Source: a virus (Duplodnaviria; Caudoviricetes). Taken from it: DNA of 64,000 nt. The stretch spans positions 416,001 through 480,000 of IMG/VR virus record IMGVR_UViG_3300014205_000170. The stretch is one strand, 5' to 3'. The notes beneath the pieces were generated by a model that had not been told where the DNA came from, ran no database searches, and saw nothing but the letters and a program-made list of their open reading frames with translations. A program made the translations under genes and the position numbers. Positions 7,570 to 16,123 of the stretch are shown here, piece by piece (within the stretch, counting starts at the first letter, position 1; every line of letters starts with the position of its first letter).

Positions 7570-8115
7570 GTGATGCAAGGTAGATTGGCACATAAATTTT
7601 CAGAAAGTGAAATGGATTTTCTTTTAAAAAATATTGAAAGAGGAACCATTCTTATTGAAACTGGTAGAATAGATTTATCCATATTTGGTACTTTAGGATT
7701 TGACACAAAAATATTTGATGGTAAACCATATAATTATTTACATAAAATTGCCAATGCCGCAGCAATAGAAACAAAAGAATATAAAAAAGAACAAATAATT
7801 CAATTTATAAAAGAATCTGATGATTTTAGCTTAGAAGGTGGTCATTTTACAGATGATGATTATTATGATTATAAATTAATTACATATAAACACGAAATTG
7901 AATCAGAAGAAATGTATTTGGAAAGATTATTGTCAGAAGGAAGAGAATTAATACGTAAAACCAAAGCCAAATTAGCAAGAGAACGCAGAAAAGAAAAAAG
8001 AAAAGTTTTATGCGAAAAAGCACCAAAAAAATATACGCGCTTAAAACGAACGCCAAGATACCCGGAAATAGAAATACTTCCTTTTGACGATGGTGAAATA
8101 CTTCTGCCGTTCTAA
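7570..8115 (+). CDS. hypothetical protein
   Basis: 181-aa ORF. Confidence 0.65.
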   Translation: MMQGRLAHKFSESEMDFLLKNIERGTILIETGRIDLSIFGTLGFDTKIFDGKPYNYLHKIANAAAIETKEYKKEQIIQFIKESDDFSLEGGHFTDDDYYDYKLITYKHEIESEEMYLERLLSEGRELIRKTKAKLARERRKEKRKVLCEKAPKKYTRLKRTPRYPEIEILPFDDGEILLPF

Positions 8116-8172
8116 ATTAAAAAACCCTCATTTTTCTGGGAATTACCCATGAAACTCATTTCCATAAGTTTG

Positions 8173-8913
8173 TTACCAAGTTCTACAAGCCCAATATCTT
8201 GCTTTCCATCTAGGCCCTGGAGTATCACAACGATGTCTTGCTCTAAAAGATTTTCTTCTTGCTGGAATGTTTTTCTTAATCCTCATATTTGGGTCGCCAA
8301 AGTTAACTTTTACAACTTTGCCATTTGGATTTTTTACGAATACTTTAAATTTCTTCACATCACCTCTCATTATTTTTCCAAGCTTAACTTTTCTGCCTTT
8401 ATATTCAGCTTCATTTAAGTTTGAATAATGATTTTCATCAACTTCGTATAATTTAAACTTTTCATTTTTAGAACCAAATCTATTTTGTTTTTTTAAAATA
8501 TTATAAGCCTCTTCTAATTCACCATTATCTAATTCATCTTCTTCGGTTTTTTCTTCATAATCATTAAAAACATCTGGATTTTGAGAAATTAGAAAATCTA
8601 AAATAGCATCCATATTGTGTTCTGCTATTGTGATTTTATCTTGAACCCATGCTGGGAGATTATCGTCTTCATCAACTAAATTATTAATATCTTCTGCCAT
8701 ACTCTTTATGTTTAAAAGAGCTATTTTATAACTACCAGCTTCTTGTTCATCATCTTCAACATAATTATGGTTTTCATTTTTTGAAGATGTTTGAGCTTTT
8801 TTCCAAGCATCTTTTTTAGGGTAGTCTTTATCTCCAGGTTTGGCTGGAGATTCTCCTTTTTTTCTTTTTGTGTGAATATTGTCCCAAAGACCTTTGGATT
8901 CATTTTGATTCAT
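8173..8913 (-). CDS. T4-like phage conserved protein (DUF6321-like C-terminus)
   Basis: KKFKVFVKNP..VNFGDPNM..RRKSFRARHRC..ARYWACRTW. Confidence 0.75.
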   Translation of the reverse strand: MNQNESKGLWDNIHTKRKKGESPAKPGDKDYPKKDAWKKAQTSSKNENHNYVEDDEQEAGSYKIALLNIKSMAEDINNLVDEDDNLPAWVQDKITIAEHNMDAILDFLISQNPDVFNDYEEKTEEDELDNGELEEAYNILKKQNRFGSKNEKFKLYEVDENHYSNLNEAEYKGRKVKLGKIMRGDVKKFKVFVKNPNGKVVKVNFGDPNMRIKKNIPARRKSFRARHRCDTPGPRWKARYWACRTW

Positions 8914-8934
8914 ATTTTTTTATTTTTTATATGT

Positions 8935-9762
8935 TTATTTTACATTCATGCCATTTTTAACACCTAATCCTACACCTATACCTTCTTCAACAGCACTATC
9001 AGAGTGTGGAGCATGTTTCCCTAGAGGAATATCTTTACGTATTTTTTCTCTTTGTCCGGCTCTGTTTCTAATTACTTGTGAATCTTCTTCTAAGCTATTT
9101 TCGACTGTATAACCTATTTTGTTAAGCGAATCTATAATAGCTTTCATATTATTGGAGTGCTGTATAGGATGTTTTTGAGTAAATAAATCTATAAATTCTT
9201 TATAAGTATAAGTTTTATCTTTGTTCATTAATTTTGCAACATCTAAAGCATAAGCATCAGCTTGGTCAAAATATATAATTTCATTAATATTCTCTGATGT
9301 TTTTGGTTTCACATCAAAGTTTTTACTTAACTCTGCTTCTAATATTTTTGCAGCTTCGGAATAATCAACTTCTTTTAATTGAAAAAATGCATCCTTTAAA
9401 AAACTATAAAGATTTTTTGTATCAAAAACATATTCTGTATTTTCTTCTTCTTCATTCAAAGAACCACTACCAAATCTTTTTAATTGATTTAATTGCTTTT
9501 CAATTTGTTTTAAAGAATTACCGGTTTTACCATTTTTTGCAGCCTCTAAATCAGCTATCATAGAATCAACATCTAAATCTTTCTCAAATTTGCTATCTCC
9601 TAAATCAACAAACTTATCCCCAGAGTTTTTAATATCTTGCATAGCAGCTTGTTTTGCTGAACCCATCATTTCTTTGCTGTCAAAATCAGTCCAAGCACCG
9701 AGGTCGTGGTAGTTTTCTGATAGGTATTTTTGAATGGCTACTCTTAATTCTTTGTTTTTCAT
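8935..9762 (-). CDS. putative internal head protein
   Basis: N-terminal ELRVAIQKYLSE, several L-x-E sites, TATTTA motif upstream. Confidence 0.6.
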   Translation of the reverse strand: MKNKELRVAIQKYLSENYHDLGAWTDFDSKEMMGSAKQAAMQDIKNSGDKFVDLGDSKFEKDLDVDSMIADLEAAKNGKTGNSLKQIEKQLNQLKRFGSGSLNEEEENTEYVFDTKNLYSFLKDAFFQLKEVDYSEAAKILEAELSKNFDVKPKTSENINEIIYFDQADAYALDVAKLMNKDKTYTYKEFIDLFTQKHPIQHSNNMKAIIDSLNKIGYTVENSLEEDSQVIRNRAGQREKIRKDIPLGKHAPHSDSAVEEGIGVGLGVKNGMNVK

Positions 9763-9850
9763 TTTTGTTGATGATTTTATAAGAATAAATAGGCTATAAA
9801 AACAATGCTTTTAAATGAAACAAAAAATTCTTAACTTCGTTTAAAACATT

Positions 9851-10426
9851 ATGAAAATAGGCTTGTTTTTCGGTTCATTCAATCCAGTCCATATTGGACA
9901 TATGATAGTGGCAAATTACATGTTGGAATTTACGGATTTGGACGAAGTATGGTTTGTGGTTTCACCACAGAATCCTCTAAAAGATAAGTCAATGTTAATT
10001 GCAGAAGCTGACCGGTTGAATATGGTCAATATTGCAATAGGAATCAACGAAAGAATTAAAGTCAGTAATGTTGAATTTGCATTACCACAACCTTCTTATA
10101 CTATTGATACATTAAATTTATTAAAAACTCAACATCCAAATGATGAATTTGTTTTATTAATGGGAACAGATAATCTGAATGGTATTTATAATTGGAAAGA
10201 ATCCGAAAAAATTCTTAATGATTATAAAATTTATGCTTATTCAAGACCCAACACAAATTCTAATATTGTGTTTTTAAAACATGAAAATGTTCAAATACTT
10301 AACGCAAATTTAATTGATTTATCCTCTACATTTATACGTCAAGGAATTAAAGACAATAAAGATTTACGTTATATGGTTCCGGCTGGAGTATGGCAATACA
10401 TAAAAGAGAAAAAATTGTATGAGTAA
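9851..10426 (+). CDS. nadD: nicotinate-nucleotide adenylyltransferase
   Basis: FGSFNPVHIGH, SPQNPLK, PSYTIDT, GTDN, SSTFIR. Confidence 0.92.
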   Translation: MKIGLFFGSFNPVHIGHMIVANYMLEFTDLDEVWFVVSPQNPLKDKSMLIAEADRLNMVNIAIGINERIKVSNVEFALPQPSYTIDTLNLLKTQHPNDEFVLLMGTDNLNGIYNWKESEKILNDYKIYAYSRPNTNSNIVFLKHENVQILNANLIDLSSTFIRQGIKDNKDLRYMVPAGVWQYIKEKKLYE

Positions 10427-11042
10427 AGAGTTTTTTACACAATATAATCAATCAAAAAATGACATTTACTTAACTAAGAAATTTGCGAATTTTTTAGTAT
10501 GTAGAAGTGATTTAGAATTGGCAAATAAAAAAACGACTTATGCAGGAAAACCAAGATATCAATATGAAAATATTTTTTTATATCCTTTTAGCATTGAGGT
10601 GGATTTTACTTTAAATGAACGTTATACTTTAAAAGAAAAAGAACGTTTATGTATTCTTACTAAAGGGAAAACTGTACATTTGATTGGAGTATATTCACAA
10701 CTTAAATGTAAGCATGGATGTCCTTCTAAAAGTTGTGCTGGTGGTGATTTTTTAACTGCCCAAAAAATTTTAAAAAAACAAAAAGGTCTTAGGGGTAATA
10801 TAGGAGATTTATTTTATTCTTTATCTGATAAAAAGTTATTTGATTTTTTTGAAACCAGAGGTTATAAATCAAAATTTAAGATTAAAACTCAACCGGATAG
10901 AATATCGTTTACAAAAAGAATTTATAATGATTCGCAAGCAAATAAAGTATATGATGATTTATATGATTTTGATACACAATACTCTCCTACTGGTAACTCC
11001 ACAAGGTTTGTTTTGATAGAAAAACAAGAAAAAGAGTTTTAA
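10419..11042 (+). CDS. hypothetical protein with C-terminal TRFVLIEK motif
   Basis: 207-aa ORF overlapping the nadD stop. Confidence 0.65.
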   Translation: MSKEFFTQYNQSKNDIYLTKKFANFLVCRSDLELANKKTTYAGKPRYQYENIFLYPFSIEVDFTLNERYTLKEKERLCILTKGKTVHLIGVYSQLKCKHGCPSKSCAGGDFLTAQKILKKQKGLRGNIGDLFYSLSDKKLFDFFETRGYKSKFKIKTQPDRISFTKRIYNDSQANKVYDDLYDFDTQYSPTGNSTRFVLIEKQEKEF

Positions 11043-11098
11043 TTTTTAAAATTTATTTGCTTGATAATCAATTAATTAAAACAAATATTCAAAATTTA

Positions 11099-11131
11099 TT
11101 TGGTTTTAATGAAACATTCGTTATATCTTTG
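11099..11131 (+). promoter_or_regulatory. Bacteroidetes primary-sigma promoter of tRNA operon 3
   Basis: TTTG-N21-TATCTTTG. Confidence 0.65.
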
Positions 11132-11204
11132 CGTATAAGTAGGAAAGAAATTTTTTGAAAAATAAAAAATTCTTACTATTTAAAATAAATAAGAGAAATC
11201 TTCA

Positions 11205-11345
11205 ATGAAACAAAGGTTCACATATACAACAAAAACTTCAACTACTTGGCCGGTTATGCCGACAACAGTGGGGGCAATTTGTATTATTATGGCCGGCGAT
11301 TATAGCCGCGATAATAAGGGTGTGTTAAACCAAGGAGTTTCATGA
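11205..11345 (+). CDS. leader peptide 3 of the large tRNA operon (MKQRFTYTTKTSTTWPVMPTTVGAICIIMAGDYSRDNKGVLNQGVS)
   Basis: uORF containing all 12 amino acids served by downstream tRNAs; GGGTGTGTTA (11318-11327) is the exact complement of TAACACACCC (11376-11385). Confidence 0.8.
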   Translation: MKQRFTYTTKTSTTWPVMPTTVGAICIIMAGDYSRDNKGVLNQGVS

Positions 11346-11381
11346 TGAATACATAAAACTTACGGAATTTAAAAATAACAC

Positions 11382-11410
11382 ACCCGGACTATAAAAAGTT
11401 CGGGTTTTTT
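11382..11410 (+). terminator. attenuator terminator 3
   Basis: ACCCGGACT/AGTTCGGGT stem plus T tract. Confidence 0.8.
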
Positions 11411-11525
11411 ATTTTCCAAAAAATTAGTCAAGCAATGACTTAAAAGTTTGCAACGTTTTTTGACATATTGGTAACATTAAAAAGGTAATTAGGAATGGTT
11501 GTGAAATAATTCCTAATTACAAAAA

Positions 11526-11601
11526 GCGGAAGTAGTATAGTGCGTCATTATATTGCATTGCCAATGCAAAGATGGGAGTTCGATTCTCCTCTTCCGCTCC
11601 A
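11526..11601 (+). tRNA. tRNA-Gly(GCC)
   Basis: TTGCA-TTGCCAA-TGCAA; encoded CCA. Confidence 0.9.
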
Positions 11602-11604
11602 CAT

Positions 11605-11679
11605 GCCGTAGTAGCTCAGTTGGTTTAGAGCATTCGTTTCATACGCGAAGGGTCACAAGTTCGAGCCTTGTCTACGGTA
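11605..11679 (+). tRNA. tRNA-CAT (elongator Met or Ile2)
   Basis: TTCGT-TTCATAC-GCGAA. Confidence 0.85.
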
Positions 11680-11692
11680 CACTAAAAAATAT

Positions 11693-11782
11693 TGCGCGGT
11701 CGACTGGAGTTAGGCTACCAGCGGGGTCTCATAAGCCCTAACCAGAAATGGAACGTGAGTTCGAGTCTCACCTGCGCTTCCA
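11693..11782 (+). tRNA. tRNA-Met(CAT), initiator-like with long variable arm
   Basis: loop CTCATAA, unpaired 1-72, encoded CCA, variable hairpin CCAGAAATGG. Confidence 0.8.
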
Positions 11783-11911
11783 ATTCGAAATTAAAAAGTT
11801 GTACAGCTTTTTAAAATTAGAAACCGTTGCTAGTCGGTATATAAAGAATGGTAGAAATACAGAGTAGATTAATTACCTACAAAATATTTTTGCAGCAACT
11901 AGCGCACATTT

Positions 11912-11985
11912 GGCCTTTTAGCTCAATTGCGAAGAGCATCTGTTTTACATGCAGAAGGTTGTCAGTTCGAGTCTGACAGAGGCTA
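11912..11985 (+). tRNA. tRNA-Val(TAC)
   Basis: loop TTTACAT. Confidence 0.9.
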
Positions 11986-11997
11986 CAAAAAATAAAT

Positions 11998-12072
11998 AGA
12001 CGCTTAGCTCAGTTGGTTTAGAGCATCGGTCTTACAAACCGAGGGTCACTGATTCGAATTCAGTAGTGTCTA
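11998..12072 (+). tRNA. tRNA-Val(TAC)
   Basis: loop CTTACAA. Confidence 0.92.
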
Positions 12073-12077
12073 CATAT

Positions 12078-12152
<75 letters not shown>

Positions 12153-12160
12153 ATTAAAAT

Positions 12161-12245
12161 ACACGGTTAGCCTAGTGGTCGATGGCATCAGTCTCCAAAA
12201 CTGACGAATTAAATTTCCGCGTGCGTTCGAATCGTACACCGTGTG
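12161..12245 (+). tRNA. tRNA-Trp(CCA) with long variable region
   Basis: TCAGT-CTCCAAA-ACTGA, G73. Confidence 0.88.
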
Positions 12246-12257
12246 CAAAAACAAAAT

Positions 12258-12340
12258 GAGAGTTTATACCGTAGGGGTAGCGGGAATGCCTGTAGAGCAT
12301 TTATCTTTCGATTCGGGTGGTTCGACTCCATCAGCTCTCA
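12258..12340 (+). tRNA. tRNA-Tyr(GTA)
   Basis: AATGC-CTGTAGA-GCATT, variable arm. Confidence 0.88.
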
Positions 12341-12426
12341 CACTTTACAATCCTGCTTATTTTATCGTCCTGATAAAATAAGTCCAAAGAAAATCTTGGT
12401 AATAGGGTCCTTGAGGATTGTAATAC

Positions 12427-12500
12427 GCAGGTAACGCATAAGTGGTGGTGCACCAGACTTCCAATCTGGAATAGAGCCGGTTCGATACCGGTTACCTGCT
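12427..12500 (+). tRNA. tRNA-Gly(TCC)
   Basis: CCAGA-CTTCCAA-TCTGG, U73. Confidence 0.88.
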
Positions 12501-12750
12501 CTTTAAAATTGTAGATTTTGAATCTTCGGACAACTTGGAAAGACAAGTATAAAAAAAGAAAAAAAAATATGAAAAATTGAAATAATTAGCTGATTAAAAA
12601 TACATTAATAATTTTATCCTTAGTGTATATAATAAACAGTAGAAACTTAAAATGTCGTATCTACGAAGATGATTATGAAACTTCTGTTTACGATTTAAAT
12701 AATAACATTCGAAGAAGAATGTTGAAGACAAAAAAGTATTTGGAAATTAT

Positions 12751-12816
12751 GCCGGAATGTGACGCGTAGATACCTGTGCAGGTATCAAAATCGGGTGAAA
12801 CCGAGTTCTGGCACCA
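12751..12816 (+). ncRNA. CCA-terminated tRNA-like mini RNA
   Basis: acceptor GCCGGAA/TTCTGGC-ACCA, hairpins GATACCT/AGGTATC and TCGG/CCGA; no anticodon loop. Confidence 0.55.
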
Positions 12817-12820
12817 ATTA

Positions 12821-12894
12821 CGGGGTGTAGCTCAGTTGCGAAGAGCGCTCGGTTTGGAGCCGAGAGGTCGCAGGTTCAAGTCCTGTTACCCCGA
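12821..12894 (+). tRNA. tRNA-Pro(TGG), A37 variant
   Basis: CTCGG-TTTGGAG-CCGAG. Confidence 0.9.
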
Positions 12895-12898
12895 CTAT

Positions 12899-12972
12899 CG
12901 AGATGTAGCTCAGTTGCGAAGAGCGCGTGCTTTGGGAGCATGAGGCCGCAGGTTCAAGTCCTGTCATCTCGA
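12899..12972 (+). tRNA. tRNA-Pro(TGG)
   Basis: loop TTTGGGA. Confidence 0.92.
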
Positions 12973-13049
12973 CAAAAAGTTTTCGGAATAAAAAAACTTC
13001 CCAAGTAATTGGGTGCTTGTTGAGACAAGCAGCAAAAAGTCCGAGCTTT

Positions 13050-13124
13050 ACTGTCTTAGCTCAATTGGTTTAGAGCTTTTGCCTGATACGCAAAGGGTTG
13101 TTGGTTCGAGTCCAATAGACAGTA
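13050..13124 (+). tRNA. tRNA-Ile(GAT)
   Basis: loop CTGATAC. Confidence 0.9.
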
Positions 13125-13129
13125 CACAT

Positions 13130-13204
13130 AGTTTCGTAGCTCAATCGCGTTAGAGCACTACACTGATAATGTAGAGGTTGGCAGTTCGAATCTGCTCGAA
13201 ACTA
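13130..13204 (+). tRNA. tRNA-Ile(GAT)
   Basis: loop CTGATAA. Confidence 0.92.
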
Positions 13205-13217
13205 CAAAAAATAAAAT

Positions 13218-13290
13218 GGTTCCGTGGTCTAATGGTTTAGGATACTTGACTGTCTATCATGGGGTGGGAGTTCGATTCTCCTCGGAACCG
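13218..13290 (+). tRNA. tRNA-Asp(GTC)
   Basis: loop CTGTCTA, G73. Confidence 0.88.
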
Positions 13291-13318
13291 CAAAACGTTG
13301 GAGAACGTAAAACTTAAT

Positions 13319-13393
13319 GGTATCGTAGTTCAGCTGCGTTAGAATGCTCCCCTGTCACGGGAGAGGTCGCCGGTTCGAGTCCGGTCGGTACCG
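13319..13393 (+). tRNA. tRNA-Asp(GTC)
   Basis: loop CTGTCAC, G73. Confidence 0.93.
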
Positions 13394-13478
13394 CTTGGAA
13401 GCCGAATGTTGCAAAGCATTCTACCTAAAGTACACGGGGTGGTGAAAACCAGCTTCTGAACGTAGTACAAAAATAAAT

Positions 13479-13553
13479 GGGACCTTAGCTCAATTGGCTT
13501 AGAGCGCTTGATTTGCATTCAAGAGGTTGTGGATTCGAGTTCCACAGGCTCCA
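13479..13553 (+). tRNA. tRNA-Ala(TGC)
   Basis: loop TTTGCAT, G3.U70. Confidence 0.92.
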
Positions 13554-13558
13554 CAAAC

Positions 13559-13619
13559 GGGGGATATGGCAAAGATGCATCGCCAGAAGTTACGGTTAAT
13601 TCTGTAGCATCCTCCACCA
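13559..13619 (+). ncRNA. anticodon-less Ala-identity tRNA-like RNA
   Basis: GGGGGAT/ATCCTCC-ACCA with G3.U70 and A73; only two further hairpins. Confidence 0.6.
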
Positions 13620-13628
13620 ACTAAAAAT

Positions 13629-13701
13629 GGGGTGTCATGTACCAAGGCTGGCGAATGTGCTTTGCAAGCACGTTGGGTGAGTTCAATTCTCATACGCTCC
13701 A
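13629..13701 (+). tRNA. tRNA-Ala(TGC), atypical D arm
   Basis: GTGC-TTTGCAA-GCAC, G3.U70. Confidence 0.8.
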
Positions 13702-13716
13702 CAAAAATTAAAGAAT

Positions 13717-13801
13717 GCCAATATCGCATAGTGGTCGATTGCACCTGATTTGTAATCAGGAACTGAATAAGACAGCGGCGGTTCGAATCCGTCTATTGGC
13801 T
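13717..13801 (+). tRNA. tRNA-Thr(TGT) with long variable arm
   Basis: CCTGA-TTTGTAA-TCAGG. Confidence 0.88.
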
Positions 13802-13805
13802 CAAA

Positions 13806-14047
13806 AAAAGTAAAACAAAGGATTCATCGCTGATTATTATTAATTTAATTAGAGGAAGTTCGCGACTGCAAAACCTAATGTAGGAGGGGGTCCTGAAAAC
13901 CGCCATTTGTACTACAGAAGCAGCAACCTAAACAGCTTAAGATTGTCGGTTTATCTATGAGAGCGGGTTAGGGCAGCCATTAGGCCATTGGAAAATGAGA
14001 TAAATGATGAGTTAAAACAAAATCGCGGCTACGCTTATTTTACTTTT
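13806..14047 (+). ncRNA. rnpB: compact RNase P RNA
   Basis: CR-I GAGGAAGTTCGCG (13852) and CR-V ACAAAATCGCGGCTA (14017) forming P4; P1 AAAAGTAAAA/TTTTACTTTT. Confidence 0.8.
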
Positions 14048-14095
14048 TTTATTTTAATATTATATTCGCCTATAGGTTAAGATAGAAAAAAAAAC

Positions 14096-14806
14096 ATGAA
14101 ATATTATGTATATATGTTATTTGATTTAGAAAATCCTTTTTATATTGGTAAAGGAACAAAAAATAGAATGTACGAACATTATAAAAGAGCTACAAAAACA
14201 AAAATAAAATCTCCTGTTTTAGATAAAATTAGAAATATCATTTTAAATAATAGACAAGTGATTTATAAAAAAATTTTTGAGTCTGATATAGAATCAAATG
14301 TTATAAAAAAAGAAATAAATACTATTTTAGAAATTGGTAGAAGAGATTTAAAAACCGGACCACTGTTGAATTTAACAGATGGTGGCGAGGGAGTAACCAA
14401 TTACATTTGGTCAAAAAAACATAAAAAAAATCTTAGTAAATCTATTAAAAAAGCAATAAAAGAAGGAAGATATAATCCTCCAGGAAATATAATTTTAAGA
14501 GAAGAAAAATACAAAAAAACAATGTCTAAAAAAATACAGGAATATTGGAATAGCGAAGAAGGTAAAAAGCATAAAAAAAGAATTTCTGTAAAAAACAAAA
14601 AAAAATTAGATGATGGAAAACGAGTACTATCAAAAAAGGCCAGACAAAAAATGAGAGAATCAGCTTTAAGAACTAATAAAATAAAAAAACAAAAATTAAA
14701 ATGGTCCCGTGGCCGAGGGGAGACGAAAGTCGATAGGCTCAGTTCTGCAAAAACTGCCACATTTGTTCAAATCAAATCGGGACCTCAACAAAATATGCCC
14801 TCGTAG
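14096..14806 (+). CDS. GIY-YIG homing endonuclease with basic NUMOD3-like C-terminus
   Basis: YYVY..PFYIGKG..R..H..E..LLNLTDGGEG; frame runs through tRNA-Cys. Confidence 0.85.
   Translation: MKYYVYMLFDLENPFYIGKGTKNRMYEHYKRATKTKIKSPVLDKIRNIILNNRQVIYKKIFESDIESNVIKKEINTILEIGRRDLKTGPLLNLTDGGEGVTNYIWSKKHKKNLSKSIKKAIKEGRYNPPGNIILREEKYKKTMSKKIQEYWNSEEGKKHKKRISVKNKKKLDDGKRVLSKKARQKMRESALRTNKIKKQKLKWSRGRGETKVDRLSSAKTATFVQIKSGPQQNMPS
14703..14785 (+). tRNA. tRNA-Cys(GCA) with hairpin inserted in the D loop
   Basis: CAGTT-CTGCAAA-AACTG, U73; GAC-GAAA-GTC in D loop. Confidence 0.8.
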
Positions 14807-14869
14807 TTCAACGGATTAGAATACTAAACTACGGATTTAGAGATGGGGATTCGAATTCCTCCGAGGGTA
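14797..14869 (+). tRNA. tRNA-Arg(ACG)
   Basis: loop CTACGGA. Confidence 0.92.
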
Positions 14870-14874
14870 CAAAA

Positions 14875-14970
14875 ACAGAAATAGTTCAGTTGGTAAAACA
14901 CCCGAATCCAAGGGACCAGACCAAGTATAAACAACTTGAAGATTCGCAGGTTCGATTCCTGCTTTCTGTT
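14875..14970 (+). ncRNA. tRNA-like RNA or pseudo-tRNA with rearranged anticodon region
   Basis: intact acceptor, D and T arms; no canonical 7-nt anticodon loop. Confidence 0.55.
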
Positions 14971-14978
14971 CTTAAAAT

Positions 14979-15051
14979 GTCCTCATAGTTCAATGGAGAA
15001 GAGCGTTCGTTTCCTAAACGAAAAATCCAGGTTCGAATCCCGGTGAGGATA
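14979..15051 (+). tRNA. tRNA-Arg(CCT)
   Basis: TTCGT-TTCCTAA-ACGAA. Confidence 0.9.
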
Positions 15052-15057
15052 CAATTG

Positions 15058-15525
15058 TTAGGTAAGATTTCTAAAAACAATTTTATTTCCCTCTCCAATT
15101 TCTCGGATAATTCCTTTCACTTTAATGTTATCAATATTTTCCCACTCTGTAATATCTTTACTTGCTGCTGGTGTTGAGTTTTTATGAAATGCTAATGTAA
15201 TATGTGGCATATCGTTTACTGAATAATATCCAAATGTTTCTACTGCAATTGCATTAGCAGATTTACCAATCGCCTTTATAATTAAAGTAACTTCTTTATT
15301 TAAGTCTCCTCTTAAATATAAACTTTCCGGAAATTCTCCGGTTTTTATTGTCATGTGAAAATTATGCGGTTTACGCCAACCTTGATTAATAGGAACGTAT
15401 TGCTGAACCAATTTTTCAATCTTAGCAATTTCAGAAGGGTCTTCAATAACCACACCAGAATAGATTACGTTCTGCTTTAGGCTTTCCATAATCATTTTCC
15501 TCACTATCTTTCTTAGATTGCTCAT
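15058..15525 (-). CDS. 2H phosphoesterase (2',3'-cyclic phosphodiesterase-like)
   Basis: two H-x-T motifs (FHMTI, PHITL). Confidence 0.75.
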   Translation of the reverse strand: MSNLRKIVRKMIMESLKQNVIYSGVVIEDPSEIAKIEKLVQQYVPINQGWRKPHNFHMTIKTGEFPESLYLRGDLNKEVTLIIKAIGKSANAIAVETFGYYSVNDMPHITLAFHKNSTPAASKDITEWENIDNIKVKGIIREIGEGNKIVFRNLT

Positions 15526-15576
15526 ATTGTATTAAATAGGGTTTAAAAGCATCTTTTTAGAGCTATTTATCTTCAA

Positions 15577-16089
15577 ATGAAAAACATTCGAAAAGTTATA
15601 AGAAAAGAACTGTTTAAGCTTTTGGAAAATTATCCAGCAAGTACAGTTAATGACCCATCTGCTCCATGGAATCAGTCAGACCCAAAATTTTTAGAACCAA
15701 AAGTTCCAGGTAGTAATCTTTTTGTAGCAATTTATTTTAACAATGAAATTACTATTCTTAAAAATACACAAGATAATTCAAAATGGTTTTTTTACAATGA
15801 TTCAGTTGAAAAAAATGATTACTTACCATATTCCGGAGCAGAGGATGAAAGTGTTTTTTTAGGTAAAGATGATGATGGACCAATATTCGACGAAAAATAT
15901 AATTGGGAATTGAATGGTCCAATAGTTCAAGATTATATTAATGATAATTTAGAAAATTTAAGCCAAGGCGAGGGAGTAAAAGGGTATGAAGATGGAATAG
16001 ACCTTGTTAAAATAGATGAGCCTCTTATTGTAGCCTTAACTGGTTTATACCGTGACCCAAAATTACAAGAAGTTTTATTAAAGGCATAA
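15577..16089 (+). CDS. putative internal head protein
   Basis: IRKVIRKELFKLLE N-terminus; NDPSAPWNQ motif. Confidence 0.6.
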   Translation: MKNIRKVIRKELFKLLENYPASTVNDPSAPWNQSDPKFLEPKVPGSNLFVAIYFNNEITILKNTQDNSKWFFYNDSVEKNDYLPYSGAEDESVFLGKDDDGPIFDEKYNWELNGPIVQDYINDNLENLSQGEGVKGYEDGIDLVKIDEPLIVALTGLYRDPKLQEVLLKA

Positions 16090-16123
16090 TTGACTTTTAA
16101 CTATAAAAAGTTTTAATTTACAC

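Noticed and set aside
14048-14806. Group I intron hosting the GIY-YIG gene
   Set aside because: No interrupted gene or recognisable P7 core; the upstream structured region is RNase P RNA.
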